64,000 bases of DNA. It comes from an uncultured Parcubacteria group bacterium (GTDB taxonomy: Bacteria; Patescibacteriota; Patescibacteriia; UBA9934; CAMTUG01). The position numbers and the translations under genes were made by a program. Below the pieces are notes generated by a model. It worked only from the letters and a program-made list of their open reading frames with translations. It searched no databases and had not been told where the DNA came from. The stretch spans positions 79,434-143,433 of the forward strand of contig CAMTUG010000002.1 of assembly GCA_947084965.1 (NCBI GenBank), written 5' to 3'. Below, piece by piece: positions 18,796 to 28,841 of this stretch (within the stretch, counting starts at the first letter, position 1; every line of letters begins with the position of its first letter).

Positions 18796-19778
18796 TCTTT
18801 CGGACTATTTTACAAGGCATTCTTGCCGCCAGTTTGATGGAATTCGTTCCGATGGATGGGGCGATGATTGAGCAGGCCGCCAAACTTCCGGTCGCTCCTC
18901 TACGATCGGCTATCCTTGCATCCCTTGATACGAGCGATGCCTTTCTGGGATTGCCCACGTCCGCCGATCGATATCCAAAAAAGATCGATGAGGAGAGCCT
19001 GGGAATCGTCACGACCGCAGAGAGCGTTTTAGTTCTTGATCGGGAAAGTGGACTGCCACTCTATCAAAAGAATGCCGATTCGGTCCGTTCTATCGGGAGC
19101 ATCACCAAACTCATGACCGCTCTCGTCTATCTTGAAAGGTCACCGGATCTGAATGCTCCTGCCAGCATCTTACCGGAAGATTATCGTAATGGCGGGCGTC
19201 TCTATTTACTGATGAATGATCCGGTTACGGCGCGGGACATATTGAAAACAAGTTTAGTTGGTTCTGATAACTCTGCCACCATGACCTTGGTGCGTCTTTC
19301 CGGGGTAACCCTTGCAGAGTTTGTCGACAAGATGAATGCCAAGGCGGTCGAACTCGGCATGACGCAGACGACGTTTGCTGATCCGACCGGTCTGACCGCA
19401 GATAATCGCTCGACCGCCTATGATATTGTGCGCTTATTGACCGCGGCGCTCGCTGTTCCAGAGATCGCTGAGACCGTTGTTCAACCGCAGGTGGAGGTTA
19501 CCCAAGGCAGCGGGATCACCGTTACCGTTCCTTCGACCGACGATCTGCTTGAAAGTTTTATCAACCAGGATCCGTACACCATTCTTGGTGGCAAAACCGG
19601 TTACTTGCCCGAAGCGGGGTATTGCATCGGCCTCGGCGTGAAGCGCGAAGGGGCGGGGGAAATTTTTGTCATCCTTCTCGGTTCGGATTCCAAAATCACT
19701 CGGGTGTCCGAAGTGAAGGGGCTTGTCGACTGGGCCTTCCGCGTGTTTCAATGGCAGGAGGACGCCCTGAACTCCTAA
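18792..19778 (+). CDS. D-alanyl-D-alanine carboxypeptidase (serine peptidase S11-like)
   Basis: SITKLMT (SxxK), SDNSAT (SxN), KTGY (KTG) motifs; GTGA overlap with the scpB stop. Confidence 0.8.
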   Translation: MIFRTILQGILAASLMEFVPMDGAMIEQAAKLPVAPLRSAILASLDTSDAFLGLPTSADRYPKKIDEESLGIVTTAESVLVLDRESGLPLYQKNADSVRSIGSITKLMTALVYLERSPDLNAPASILPEDYRNGGRLYLLMNDPVTARDILKTSLVGSDNSATMTLVRLSGVTLAEFVDKMNAKAVELGMTQTTFADPTGLTADNRSTAYDIVRLLTAALAVPEIAETVVQPQVEVTQGSGITVTVPSTDDLLESFINQDPYTILGGKTGYLPEAGYCIGLGVKREGAGEIFVILLGSDSKITRVSEVKGLVDWAFRVFQWQEDALNS

Positions 19779-19781
19779 TGC

Positions 19782-20237
19782 ATGCAAGACCTTTTGATCA
19801 TCGCTCTTTCGACTTTGCCGGTCGCAGAGCTTCGAGTGGCCCTTCCGCTCGCCATTGAGGTGTATCATTTTTCTATTCCGCGAGCGTTGTTTGATGTCTA
19901 CGTCGGTAATGCCCTGCCGATCGTCCCGCTCATCTACGGCCTCGAGGTACTGACCAATCTGTGCGATCGTCATTTCAAAGTGTGCCATCGGGTGTTGGTC
20001 AAAGTATTCGAGCGGACGCGCACCAAGTTTCAAGGGGATTACCAAAAATACGGAGCGATCGGTCTCTTCTTTTTTGTCGTTTCGCCCTTGCCGTTTACGG
20101 GGGTATGGAGCGGGTGTGTGGCCGCGGTGCTATTTGGTATCCGTCCGCGGTTGGCGATTCCGGCGATTCTTGGCGGAATGATCGTCTCTGGACTGATGAT
20201 GCTCGCAGTGGTGAAAGGGTTTGTAGCCATTTTTTAA
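19782..20237 (+). CDS. Small polytopic membrane protein (function unknown)
   Basis: 151 aa, 4 predicted hydrophobic helices. Confidence 0.5.
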   Translation: MQDLLIIALSTLPVAELRVALPLAIEVYHFSIPRALFDVYVGNALPIVPLIYGLEVLTNLCDRHFKVCHRVLVKVFERTRTKFQGDYQKYGAIGLFFFVVSPLPFTGVWSGCVAAVLFGIRPRLAIPAILGGMIVSGLMMLAVVKGFVAIF

Positions 20238-20238
20238 T

Positions 20239-21387
20239 ATGCGCATTGCGATCGATGGTCGTTCGATCGTGCGTCCGGATGTTGGGCGAGTCAGTGGGAT
20301 CAATCAGTACACCTCTTGCATGATTGATGCCTTGGTTGATGTTGCTGCAGATGATACATTTGTCGTTTTTCTAGACAGCGACGTGCCGTCAGAGCAAGTC
20401 CGGGCGATGATTCGTGGGCGATCAAATATTGAGGCACGGCAGGACGCTTCGCTGCTTCGAGCTGTACCGTATGTTGGGGCTCATTTGATGTTGCCGTCGG
20501 CGATCCACGCGGAACGGATCGATCTGTTCTTTGCGCCTACAGGGTTGATTCCGCTCGGGTTGCGTATCCCCTCTGTCGGATTCATTCATGATCTTTTCAT
20601 TTTAGAACATCCGGAGTGGTTTCCTGATTCAGCGATTCAACAGGTATTTACGTTAAAGTTAGTACTTCCGCGCTCTCTTGATCATGCTCGATTACTTCTG
20701 ACGCCGTCTGCGGCCGTTCGCTCTGATCTCATCCGTGCTTTTCCAAAAACCAAACAAAAGACCGTTGTTGTACATGAGGGGATCACGATCTGTTCTCCGC
20801 AACCGGAGCGCCAGATTCACGGTCGTTATATCGTCTCCGTTGCTACGCTCGAGCCGCGCAAAAATTTCCTCTTTGCCTTACGGGCGTTTGAAGCGCTTCT
20901 ATCTCGCGATCCATCCCTTTCTAAGTCGTTGCAGTACGTGATTGCTGGTACGCCAGGGTGGGGGGCTGAACCGATTTTGGAAGCGATCGACCACATCAAT
21001 GCGCGCTGGCGACAGTATCGACCTGACGGCGTTGTACGTTATCTCGGGTCGGTGACCGATGCCGAGCGCTGTTCACTCTACCAACACGCAGAATTGTATT
21101 TGTGCACCTCCTTTGCCGAAGGATTCGGGTTGCCACCGCTTGAAGCGATGGGGGTCGGCACCGCAGTTGTGACCACTTCGGTCGGTGTGATTCCAGAAGT
21201 TGCCAAAGGGTCAGTAGCGATCATTAGCGAAAGTGATGTCCCATCCACGGCTACCATCCTTTTGAAGTTATTGAACGATCAGGTCGCGCGCCGGCGATTA
21301 GCTGAGGCAGGGAGAGCTGCTGTTGCTCAATTCACCTGGCGCCGCTCGGCCGAGCAGACACTCACTCACTTTCGCTCCGTTTGCTAG
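20239..21387 (+). CDS. Glycosyltransferase family 4 (GT-B fold)
   Basis: ...TSFAEGFGLPPLEAMGVGTAVV... EX7E-type motif. Confidence 0.8.
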   Translation: MRIAIDGRSIVRPDVGRVSGINQYTSCMIDALVDVAADDTFVVFLDSDVPSEQVRAMIRGRSNIEARQDASLLRAVPYVGAHLMLPSAIHAERIDLFFAPTGLIPLGLRIPSVGFIHDLFILEHPEWFPDSAIQQVFTLKLVLPRSLDHARLLLTPSAAVRSDLIRAFPKTKQKTVVVHEGITICSPQPERQIHGRYIVSVATLEPRKNFLFALRAFEALLSRDPSLSKSLQYVIAGTPGWGAEPILEAIDHINARWRQYRPDGVVRYLGSVTDAERCSLYQHAELYLCTSFAEGFGLPPLEAMGVGTAVVTTSVGVIPEVAKGSVAIISESDVPSTATILLKLLNDQVARRRLAEAGRAAVAQFTWRRSAEQTLTHFRSVC

Positions 21388-21463
21388 GGAGGACCTCTTG
21401 CCAGCAGGCGTGATTTGTGCCATACTTTGCTCTTGCAATTGAGAAATATTGCCTAGCAAAGGT

Positions 21464-23137
21464 ATGAAAATCACTCGTAAGCGCCTGATTATTTTGACTC
21501 TGGGAGCTGTTCTTTTTCTTGTGATTGGAGCATTTGCGGCTCAGCCATCGCCAACAGAATCGATGACAAACGATACGGTAAAGCGACAGGATCTCATTCA
21601 GACCGTAGAAGTGACCGGACGTGTGGAAAGTGTGACCGAAGCAGATCTCGCTTTCGGTGCTTCTGGCGTTGTCGGCAAGATGCTCGTTAAGGTAGGGGAT
21701 ACGGTAAAGGCCGGCCAGCTCCTCGCCTCGCTGACAGCTGGTGATCTGCAGGCATCCTACGCGCAGGCCTTGCAATCTGTCGCCCAGGCACAAGCCGACT
21801 TGGATTTGAAGCGTGCGGGGATTTCTTCTTCGGCCACAGCGGTCAGTCAGGCAGACGTAGACGCCGCCCTTGTCGCTTTGGATCAGGCCAACCTCGATCT
21901 TGAGCGCACAAAACAAGAAACGGCAGATGAGCTGGTGCAGGCAAAGGAGAATCTCGTGGAAGATTTGCGCGCGCTCGTTTCAGAAGTGCGTCAGTCTCTT
22001 GCTTCGGCAGACACTGTGCTTGGAGTGGAAAATAGTTTGTACAATAACGATTTCGACGAGATTCTGGGGGCGCAGGATGTGAGTTCTGTGGCACGGGCAG
22101 TCGATGCGTTCGAACAGGCGATGGTCAGTCGCGATCGTGCGGAGGCAGATCTTGCCACGATGCAGGGAGCGGATGCAGATCCGGCGATCCGCTCAGCACG
22201 GGCCGCGTACGAAGATGCCTATGACGTGCTGGCAGCGACGAGTCGTGTGCTTGATGCTACTTCTGCCAATACGGATGCGTTGACGCTCGATGAATTGACG
22301 ACGTTAAAGTCAACGATCGCATCTGCCCAGGCGTCGCTCGTAGCAGATGGTTCGGCACTTCTTTCTGCGGAACAAGCTGTTGACGATGCTGCGCTCGCGA
22401 TCGTTCTTGATGTTGCTGATGCGGAAGCAGTCGTTGCGGCTCGGCACGTTGCGGTCCAACGGGCGGAGGCGTCACTTCTTGATGCAACCGAAGCCCCGCG
22501 TGATGTCGAGTTGGCCGGATACGAAGCGGCGTTGGCACGTGCTCGTGCTGGGGTGACGTCGGCCTTGGCACGCCTAGCCGAGACACGGATCGTCTCGCCA
22601 TTGTCCGGTATCGTCACGGCCGTTGAGGTGCAAGCGGGGGAAGCCGCTTCGGCATTGACCCCGATGATTTCTGTCCTCGCCAGCGGCGATCAATACAAAA
22701 TCACCTTAGATTTGCCAGAAGCGGACATCGCCAAGGTGCAGGTCGGTCAGACCGCGGACGTTACCTTTGACGCCTTTGGGGATGATCTTCACTTCACGGC
22801 CACGGTTACGGCAATCGACCCAGCCGAACAATTGATCCAGGACGTCGTTTTCTATAAAGCGACGGTTCTTCTCGATCCAACCCAGGATCTTTCGGGCCTC
22901 AAGCCAGGCCTGTCCGCCAATGTCACGATCACTACAGCGACGCGCACGGCCGTGCTGACGGTCCCTTCGCGTTCAGTTCTTGAAAACGACGGTGTGAAGT
23001 ATGTCCGTGTTCCAGAGGGCGAGAGCTATCGCCAACAGACCGTTGAAGTCGGATTACGCGCGGACGGTGGCCTGATGGAGATTATCAGCGGGCTGAGCGA
23101 AGGGGAGACAGTGATCGTTTCGATCAAGGCACTTTAG
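21464..23137 (+). CDS. HlyD/MacA-family efflux periplasmic adaptor with very long coiled coil (an in-frame TTG at 21449 is an alternative start)
   Basis: N-terminal TM, biotinyl-lipoyl-like half-motifs, ~300 aa Ala-rich coiled coil, C-terminal beta-barrel. Confidence 0.75.
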   Translation: MKITRKRLIILTLGAVLFLVIGAFAAQPSPTESMTNDTVKRQDLIQTVEVTGRVESVTEADLAFGASGVVGKMLVKVGDTVKAGQLLASLTAGDLQASYAQALQSVAQAQADLDLKRAGISSSATAVSQADVDAALVALDQANLDLERTKQETADELVQAKENLVEDLRALVSEVRQSLASADTVLGVENSLYNNDFDEILGAQDVSSVARAVDAFEQAMVSRDRAEADLATMQGADADPAIRSARAAYEDAYDVLAATSRVLDATSANTDALTLDELTTLKSTIASAQASLVADGSALLSAEQAVDDAALAIVLDVADAEAVVAARHVAVQRAEASLLDATEAPRDVELAGYEAALARARAGVTSALARLAETRIVSPLSGIVTAVEVQAGEAASALTPMISVLASGDQYKITLDLPEADIAKVQVGQTADVTFDAFGDDLHFTATVTAIDPAEQLIQDVVFYKATVLLDPTQDLSGLKPGLSANVTITTATRTAVLTVPSRSVLENDGVKYVRVPEGESYRQQTVEVGLRADGGLMEIISGLSEGETVIVSIKAL

Positions 23138-23138
23138 T

Positions 23139-23813
23139 ATGTCGATCCCGCTCATTCGCGTTCACGGCATCACCAAGACGTATAAAAATGGTGAAGTGGA
23201 AACGCCGGTGCTCCATGGGGTGAGTCTGGATGTGCACACCGGCGAATTCGTTTCGTTGATGGGACCTTCCGGTTCAGGAAAGTCGACGTTGATGCACATT
23301 CTTAGTTTGCTCGATCGTCCGGACGCCGGTTCGTATCAACTCGATGAAGTGGACACGGTCACGCTTGACGAAGTGGCTCGCGCTTCCCTGCGCTTACAAA
23401 AAATCGGTTTTGTTTTTCAGGCTTTTCATCTGTTGCCTCGACTTTCCGTGCTTGAAAACGTCACGTTGCCACTCCTCTACGCCGAGATGCCTGAGGCAGA
23501 ACGCGTGGCACGAGCCAAAGCCGTTTTGGCCGATGTTGGACTGAGCGATCGAGAATCCTACTTACCGTCACAACTTTCTGGCGGGCAAAAACAGCGGGTG
23601 GCGATCGCGCGTGCCCTGGTCAATGATCCAGCCGTTATTTTTGCAGATGAGCCGACCGGTAATTTGGACTCTGTCTCCAGCCGTCAGGTACTAGAGATTC
23701 TTCGTGACCTCACCAAAAAACACGGTCGTACGGTAGTGATGGTCACCCATGAAGAGGAAGCGGCCGCGTATGGCGATCGCGTTATTCGCATCCGCGACGG
23801 CTACATCATCTAA
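23139..23813 (+). CDS. ABC transporter ATP-binding protein (MacB/LolD-like)
   Basis: GPSGSGKST Walker [16 protein letters not shown] signature, [11 protein letters not shown] Walker B. Confidence 0.88.
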   Translation: MSIPLIRVHGITKTYKNGEVETPVLHGVSLDVHTGEFVSLMGPSGSGKSTLMHILSLLDRPDAGSYQLDEVDTVTLDEVARASLRLQKIGFVFQAFHLLPRLSVLENVTLPLLYAEMPEAERVARAKAVLADVGLSDRESYLPSQLSGGQKQRVAIARALVNDPAVIFADEPTGNLDSVSSRQVLEILRDLTKKHGRTVVMVTHEEEAAAYGDRVIRIRDGYII

Positions 23814-23814
23814 T

Positions 23815-25047
23815 ATGCGTTCGCTCGACCTTCTACGGACTTCTACAGACTCCTTGCGCCGCAACACCTCGCGGTCATTGTTGACCGTGCTCGGGATCGT
23901 CATCGGCATCGGCGCGGTTATTTTGATGCTTTCGATCGGACAAGGGGCGCAGGGGTACGTGCTCAGCCAAGTTTCTGATCTCGGGTCGGATCTGGTTTTT
24001 GTGGAGGCAGGGAACGGGGGTGGAAGCTCTGGTCCCCCATCTCCTTTTATTGAACAGACGATCACGCTTGATGACGCCAAGGCGCTTGAAGAGGATGGTC
24101 CCTTCTCGTTCGTGTCGTCTGTAGTGATTACCACCACAACGGTCTCCGCAGAACAGGATTCAACGTTCACGGATATCGCTGGAGTCGATCAATATCAGCT
24201 CGACGTCTTTCCAGCAGACGTTGTCTCTGGTCGATTTATTGAAGGCGAAGATGTGGACAGTCATGCGCGAGTGGCTGTGCTTGGCTCGGAGATTGCTGAG
24301 CAGTTGTTTGGTGACCAAGATCCGATTGGAGAACGGATCGAGGTCAAGAATCTTTCTGTACGGGTGATCGGTGTGCTTGGCGAGCAGGGGAGTAAGTTTT
24401 TTTCGAACCTCGATAAGCGCGTTTATTTGCCAGTCACTACCGCCCAACGCGAGTTGCTCGGTGTCACCTACGTCAATTATATTTCTGCCCGTTCGATCGG
24501 TGACATTGAATCGGCCAAAGAGGACGCCCGGGCTATTTTGCGCGATGCGCACAATTTAGATAATCCCGAGCAGGACCTGGCCAAGGATGACTTTATCGTC
24601 TCGTCACAGTCTGATGCGGTGGCGATTATTGGGGGTGTCGGGTTTGCCTTGACCCTGTTGCTCGCTTCGATCGCGGCGATCTCATTGCTCGTTGGAGGGA
24701 TCGGGATTATGAACATCATGCTTGTCTCCGTCACCGAGCGTACCCGCGAGATCGGTTTGCGCAAAGCGATCGGAGCGACCGAATCAGAAGTTTTGCGTCA
24801 GTTTTTGCTTGAAGCGGTGATCCTCACCATGTTTGGTGGGGTGATCGGGATCGTTGGTGGTGTTGGGACTTCGGCTTTAGCCGCGGCTGTGCTTTCGCAA
24901 TTTGTTGAAGGATGGCAGTTCATCATTCCGCCATCCGCTGTCATCGCTTCGGTTGCTGTCGCTACCCTTGTTGGGATCGCCTTCGGTTATTATCCTGCCC
25001 GTCGCGCCGCCCGCCTCGACCCGATCGAAGCACTGCGTTACGAGTAA
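23815..25047 (+). CDS. ABC transporter permease, FtsX/MacB-like
   Basis: TM1, large periplasmic domain, C-terminal 3-TM FtsX bundle; TAATATG junction with the ATPase gene. Confidence 0.85.
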   Translation: MRSLDLLRTSTDSLRRNTSRSLLTVLGIVIGIGAVILMLSIGQGAQGYVLSQVSDLGSDLVFVEAGNGGGSSGPPSPFIEQTITLDDAKALEEDGPFSFVSSVVITTTTVSAEQDSTFTDIAGVDQYQLDVFPADVVSGRFIEGEDVDSHARVAVLGSEIAEQLFGDQDPIGERIEVKNLSVRVIGVLGEQGSKFFSNLDKRVYLPVTTAQRELLGVTYVNYISARSIGDIESAKEDARAILRDAHNLDNPEQDLAKDDFIVSSQSDAVAIIGGVGFALTLLLASIAAISLLVGGIGIMNIMLVSVTERTREIGLRKAIGATESEVLRQFLLEAVILTMFGGVIGIVGGVGTSALAAAVLSQFVEGWQFIIPPSAVIASVAVATLVGIAFGYYPARRAARLDPIEALRYE

Positions 25048-25100
25048 TTGCAATATTTAAAGCGGTTCGGTAAGGTGGGGCGGCCCAACCAGGAGTCCAC

Positions 25101-25997
25101 ATGTCCGACCCTTTCCGCATCATCCAGTTCGGTCCCCGTCACGGACAGTCGAATGGATCGCCCGTCCTGATCGAGGTCGCCCACGGGGCTACGACCATGC
25201 TCCAGTACGCCCGCACCCTCGGGCTCCTCCGGGGTTTGTACCCTACCAGCCTGCTCGACTTCTTCCTGGTCAACACGGACCAGGGGGCGCCTGAGCTGGC
25301 CATGGAGATCGGCAGGCAGATCGTCGACGCCCATCCGGGGCGGTCGGTGACGATCATGATCGCCGAGGTTCCCCGGACGTTCATCGACTTCAACCGGATC
25401 CCTGGCGTGACGGCCGAGGCGGCCAAGGCCGGTGGGGTCACCCCCGGGCTCCAGCCCTGGGTCACGAACCCGGACGACGTCAAGCTCCTGACCGGGTTCC
25501 ACCGCGCCTACCACGCGAAGCTCGGGCCGATCGTTGATCAGGTCTGCGAAGCGGGTGGCACGATGCTCGCGCTTCACACCTACGCCCCGCGGTCGGTCGA
25601 CGTCGAAGCTATCGACGAGCGGATCGGGGAGCGCATGCGCGAGGCTTGGTCCGGCAACGTCGAGCGCTGGCCCCTGCGTCCGGAGATCGATCTCATCGGT
25701 CGCGACAAGTGGGAAGGGGATGACCGGCCGTGGATGGTCGTGCCCGCCGTTCTCACCCGTCTGCGCGCTGAGTTCCTGCCGCTCGAACTCGAGGTTGCAG
25801 ACTCCGTGTCCTACCATCTGGCGGACGTCACCATGGCGCGTCAGTACCGCGACCGCTACCCCGAGCAGGTCATCTGCCTCGAGGTGCGTCGCGATCTGCT
25901 CACGGGGTGGTGGCTACCCTTCGCGCAGATGATCCCTGATTCGTTTCGGATCCGGCGCATCGGCGAGGCTCTTGCCCACGCCCTGTTTCTCTTCTAG
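25101..25997 (+). CDS. Hypothetical protein in a GC-rich island (possible amidohydrolase-like; unverified)
   Basis: 298 aa, visibly GC-rich with strong GC3 bias; followed by a perfect 10-bp hairpin ggccaccc-ttactc-gggtggcc. Confidence 0.55.
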   Translation: MSDPFRIIQFGPRHGQSNGSPVLIEVAHGATTMLQYARTLGLLRGLYPTSLLDFFLVNTDQGAPELAMEIGRQIVDAHPGRSVTIMIAEVPRTFIDFNRIPGVTAEAAKAGGVTPGLQPWVTNPDDVKLLTGFHRAYHAKLGPIVDQVCEAGGTMLALHTYAPRSVDVEAIDERIGERMREAWSGNVERWPLRPEIDLIGRDKWEGDDRPWMVVPAVLTRLRAEFLPLELEVADSVSYHLADVTMARQYRDRYPEQVICLEVRRDLLTGWWLPFAQMIPDSFRIRRIGEALAHALFLF

Positions 25998-26054
25998 ATT
26001 CGGTCGCTCCTTCGCGATCGCCCAAGGCCACCCTTACTCGGGTGGCCTTCGACG

Positions 26055-27338
26055 TTATGGAGCGGGTTCGTCAGGGGTAATATCGATCGGTGGGGTGCGG
26101 TGAACGATCGAATGGAGGATCGGTTTGATGATAAAGAGAAGGCCGATCTGTCCGACCACCAAGAAGAGAAGGCCGAAGCGGATCCCGACCACGGGTGAGC
26201 TCACGGCGAGCGACCACACTAGGAGAAGTCCACCGAGGCGGCCAATGTTCAAAAAGAATTCCCGATCCATCAAATAGACAAATCGATGCTGCGCCCCTTG
26301 AGCACTGAACTGATCGACGAGTTCGTACATCACCGCCGCGAGTGATGGCCAGCGGAACGTATTGGTAAGCGCGCTGATGGCAAAGTAAATAATCGCACCG
26401 ACCGAGGAGAAGAGGACAGCAAAGATCCCTCCACCAACGAGGGTTCCAAGCATCCATACGACCAGGATGAGGAGATGATTGCGATGTTTCACGTGGCGTC
26501 CGATCAGTCCCAAGAGGACAACGCCGACGATGGCGGTTGCTGTCTCAATCGTGCCGACAACTTCCTCAGCACCCAGGAAGGTGAGGGTAATAACGACAGG
26601 GAGGATTGTTTCGACCCCACCGATGAATCCGTGGCAGACCTCAAGGAAACGTTGGCGTTGCCACAGTGCGGCTGGGTTTTGTAGAAAGATCTGTTTCAGC
26701 GGTGTTGAGCACGGTGGGAGATCAGCGCGATAGACGACGAGTCCAGCGGCACCGAGCGTCAGGATGGCGATGACGGAGACAAACCAGTAGGCAGCGCCCG
26801 TTGAGTAGAGCCCGTAGAGGTCACCAAAGCCGATGATCCAACCGATCGAAATCGGGGCGATGATTCCAGCGACGGTGTCCACGATCCCTTCTAAGCTCAA
26901 AAAGTAAAAGCGATGGGATCCGCTTGTGACTTTGGAGAGAAGGTAGTTACGATTCGCCCAGTAGAATCCTCCAGAGACCCCAAGAACGACACCGAGGAGA
27001 AAGGCGAAGTCAGCGGCAGCTTCTCCTAAAGCGACCATCGCAAGCGGCACGACCCCGACCATCACAGAACCAACGACATACAGCACGGGCGTGTCGGTCC
27101 AGCGCAGGAGGATCGCATTCAAGAAAAACCCGATCGACAGAGCGGCAAAAAATCCGGCATTATACAGAATCAGGAGGGTCACGTTCTCCTCGATTCTCCA
27201 CAGAAAGGTGTTCATGTAGGTGAAGGCGATCGGGGAGGCGAGGCCGTACAGAAAGTAGGAAACCAAAAATCGCCGCTCTGTGCCGGAGAGGATATTGAAA
27301 TGGTTGCGTTGACTCTGGAACCAGGATTTGATGGACAT
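26055..27338 (-). CDS. Polytopic membrane transporter, MFS-like (12 predicted TM)
   Basis: Start set at MSIKSWF; the ORF-track 5' extension to 27482 overlaps a tRNA-Leu gene and is rejected. Confidence 0.6.
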   Translation of the reverse strand: MSIKSWFQSQRNHFNILSGTERRFLVSYFLYGLASPIAFTYMNTFLWRIEENVTLLILYNAGFFAALSIGFFLNAILLRWTDTPVLYVVGSVMVGVVPLAMVALGEAAADFAFLLGVVLGVSGGFYWANRNYLLSKVTSGSHRFYFLSLEGIVDTVAGIIAPISIGWIIGFGDLYGLYSTGAAYWFVSVIAILTLGAAGLVVYRADLPPCSTPLKQIFLQNPAALWQRQRFLEVCHGFIGGVETILPVVITLTFLGAEEVVGTIETATAIVGVVLLGLIGRHVKHRNHLLILVVWMLGTLVGGGIFAVLFSSVGAIIYFAISALTNTFRWPSLAAVMYELVDQFSAQGAQHRFVYLMDREFFLNIGRLGGLLLVWSLAVSSPVVGIRFGLLFLVVGQIGLLFIIKPILHSIVHRTPPIDITPDEPAP

Positions 27339-27376
27339 AGATTGATCAAAAAAGCAGCTCCGAGGAGCCGCCCTTT

Positions 27377-27462
27377 TGGTGCCGCGGGAGGGACTCGAAC
27401 CCTCAAGTCCTTGCGAACAACGGTGTTTGAGACCGTCGCGTATACCATTCCGCCACCGCGGC
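27377..27462 (-). tRNA. tRNA-Leu (CAA), class II with long variable arm
   Basis: minus-strand read GCCGCGGTGGCGGAATGGTATACGCGACGGTCTCAAACACCGTTGTTCGCAAGGACTTGAGGGTTCGAGTCCCTCCCGCGGCACCA. Confidence 0.8.
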
Positions 27463-27657
27463 ATGCGGCAGTATCCTAGCAAACCCTTGATGTTTTTTCA
27501 AGGAATTGCTATTATCACGTCACAAAAGTTCTGCGGATGCCTCTAAAAAAGGCATATTCAAGGCGCGGGGAGACGGCGAACGAGGCGTACCAAAATGTAC
27601 GTCGAGGAGCCGTCGGGGCCCCGCAACGCAGAAGATGCCATTTTTAGGGGCATACGA

Positions 27658-27733
27658 GGCGGGATAGCTCAGTTGGTAGAGCACAGGACTCATAAGCCTG
27701 TTGTCGGCGGTTCGATTCCGCCTCCCGCTACCA
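27658..27733 (+). tRNA. tRNA-Met (CAT), elongator-type (G1-U72 paired)
   Basis: GGCGGGATAGCTCAGTTGGTAGAGCACAGGACTCATAAGCCTG...GGCGGTTCGATTCCGCCTCCCGCTACCA. Confidence 0.7.
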
Positions 27734-27799
27734 GAAAGTCCGCGAGGAAACTCGCGGTTTTTCTATTGACAAAAGCTTTGATTCCTCGTACTGTACCGA

Positions 27800-27876
27800 C
27801 GCGGGATAGAGCAGTCTGGCAGCTCGCTTGGCTCATAACCAAGAGGTCGCTGGTTCAAATCCAGCTCCCGCAACCA
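27800..27876 (+). tRNA. Initiator tRNA-fMet (CAT) with C1xA72 mismatch
   Basis: CGCGGGATAGAGCAGTCTGGCAGCTCGCTTGGCTCATAACCAAGAGGTCGCTGGTTCAAATCCAGCTCCCGCAACCA; position 1 C opposite A72. Confidence 0.7.
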
Positions 27877-27939
27877 TAATTCCGTCTGACATCGTCAGGC
27901 GGTATTATGTTTAAGGTCGATCGTGTATGCTAACGGTAT

Positions 27940-28335
27940 ATGATTGATCATGTGACACTTACGGTGCGGGATCTTGGCGTGAGTAAAGTCTTTTACGAAA
28001 CGGTGCTTGGGGCGCTCGGGATGCGGGTAAATCTGGGGAGCACTGAGGATCAGTTTTGGGGATTCGGTTCTGGGGATGTGCCAGAGTTTGAAGTGTCGCT
28101 TGGGCGATTTTTTGTTGCTCAGGCCGATGCCACACATCCGATCGCCCCATCCGTTCACATCGCGTTTCGCGCCAGGAATCAGGATGAGGTCAAGGCATTC
28201 CATCGTGCGGCACTTGCGGCAGGTGGAGTCGACAATGGCGCTCCTGGTCCGCGCCCAGAATATGGGGAGACCTATTACGCCGCCTTTGTTCTTGATCCAG
28301 ATGGGAACAACATCGAGGCGGTGACGTTTGAATAA
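27940..28335 (+). CDS. VOC-family protein (glyoxalase/bleomycin-resistance fold)
   Basis: MIDHVTLTVRDLGVSKVFYETVLG... paired beta-alpha-beta-beta-beta modules. Confidence 0.8.
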   Translation: MIDHVTLTVRDLGVSKVFYETVLGALGMRVNLGSTEDQFWGFGSGDVPEFEVSLGRFFVAQADATHPIAPSVHIAFRARNQDEVKAFHRAALAAGGVDNGAPGPRPEYGETYYAAFVLDPDGNNIEAVTFE

Positions 28336-28360
28336 GAGTGTGCTATAGTTCCGGCACGTT

Positions 28361-28822
28361 ATGACCATTTCGACACATACAGCGATCGGGGCAGTGCTTG
28401 GAGGGTTTGTCGGTGGACCGATCATCGGATTTTTTGCGGGGATGCTCTCTCATTTTTTGGTCGACATGATTCCTCATGGCGATGCTAAATTGGGTAAAGA
28501 GTTCCATACCAAGCGTGCCAGTAAATCCGGCAAAGCGTACGTCACGATCGACGGTGTATCTGCGATCTTCATCCTTCTTATCTTCTTCAATCTCGTCGAT
28601 TTTGACAGTCGTTTTGTTTTTAGCTGTACGATCGCCGGATCTGTTTTGCCCGACATTCTGGCTGGGATTCACGGCATCACCAAAACGAAGTATCTCCGTT
28701 GGTTCGTCAAGCTCCATTTCTTTTTTCATGACTTTTTCACCAGTCGCTACGGCGACGTCCGGTTACGTTGGGCGATCATGGGACAGGCCGTGTTTATCCT
28801 TTTGTTAGTCCGCTGGATGTAG
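28361..28822 (+). CDS. Small membrane protein (His-containing; possible membrane-bound hydrolase-like)
   Basis: 153 aa, 3-4 hydrophobic helices. Confidence 0.45.
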   Translation: MTISTHTAIGAVLGGFVGGPIIGFFAGMLSHFLVDMIPHGDAKLGKEFHTKRASKSGKAYVTIDGVSAIFILLIFFNLVDFDSRFVFSCTIAGSVLPDILAGIHGITKTKYLRWFVKLHFFFHDFFTSRYGDVRLRWAIMGQAVFILLLVRWM

Positions 28823-28841
28823 TGGTATACTGGGTCCGCTT

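Noticed and set aside
21449-21463. TTG start at 21449 for the HlyD-like gene
   Set aside because: The ATG at 21464 gives MKITRKRLIILTLGAV..., a typical cytoplasmic-tail-plus-TM N-terminus. The TTG extension adds MPSKG with no supporting signal. Retained only as an alternative.
27339-27482. N-terminal 48-aa extension of ORF 26055-27482
   Set aside because: It runs across a well-formed tRNA-Leu(CAA) on the same strand. The CDS is restarted at the internal Met at 27338.
27595-27879. 94-aa plus-strand ORF
   Set aside because: It is entirely composed of two tRNA genes (tRNA-Met and tRNA-fMet) and their spacer.
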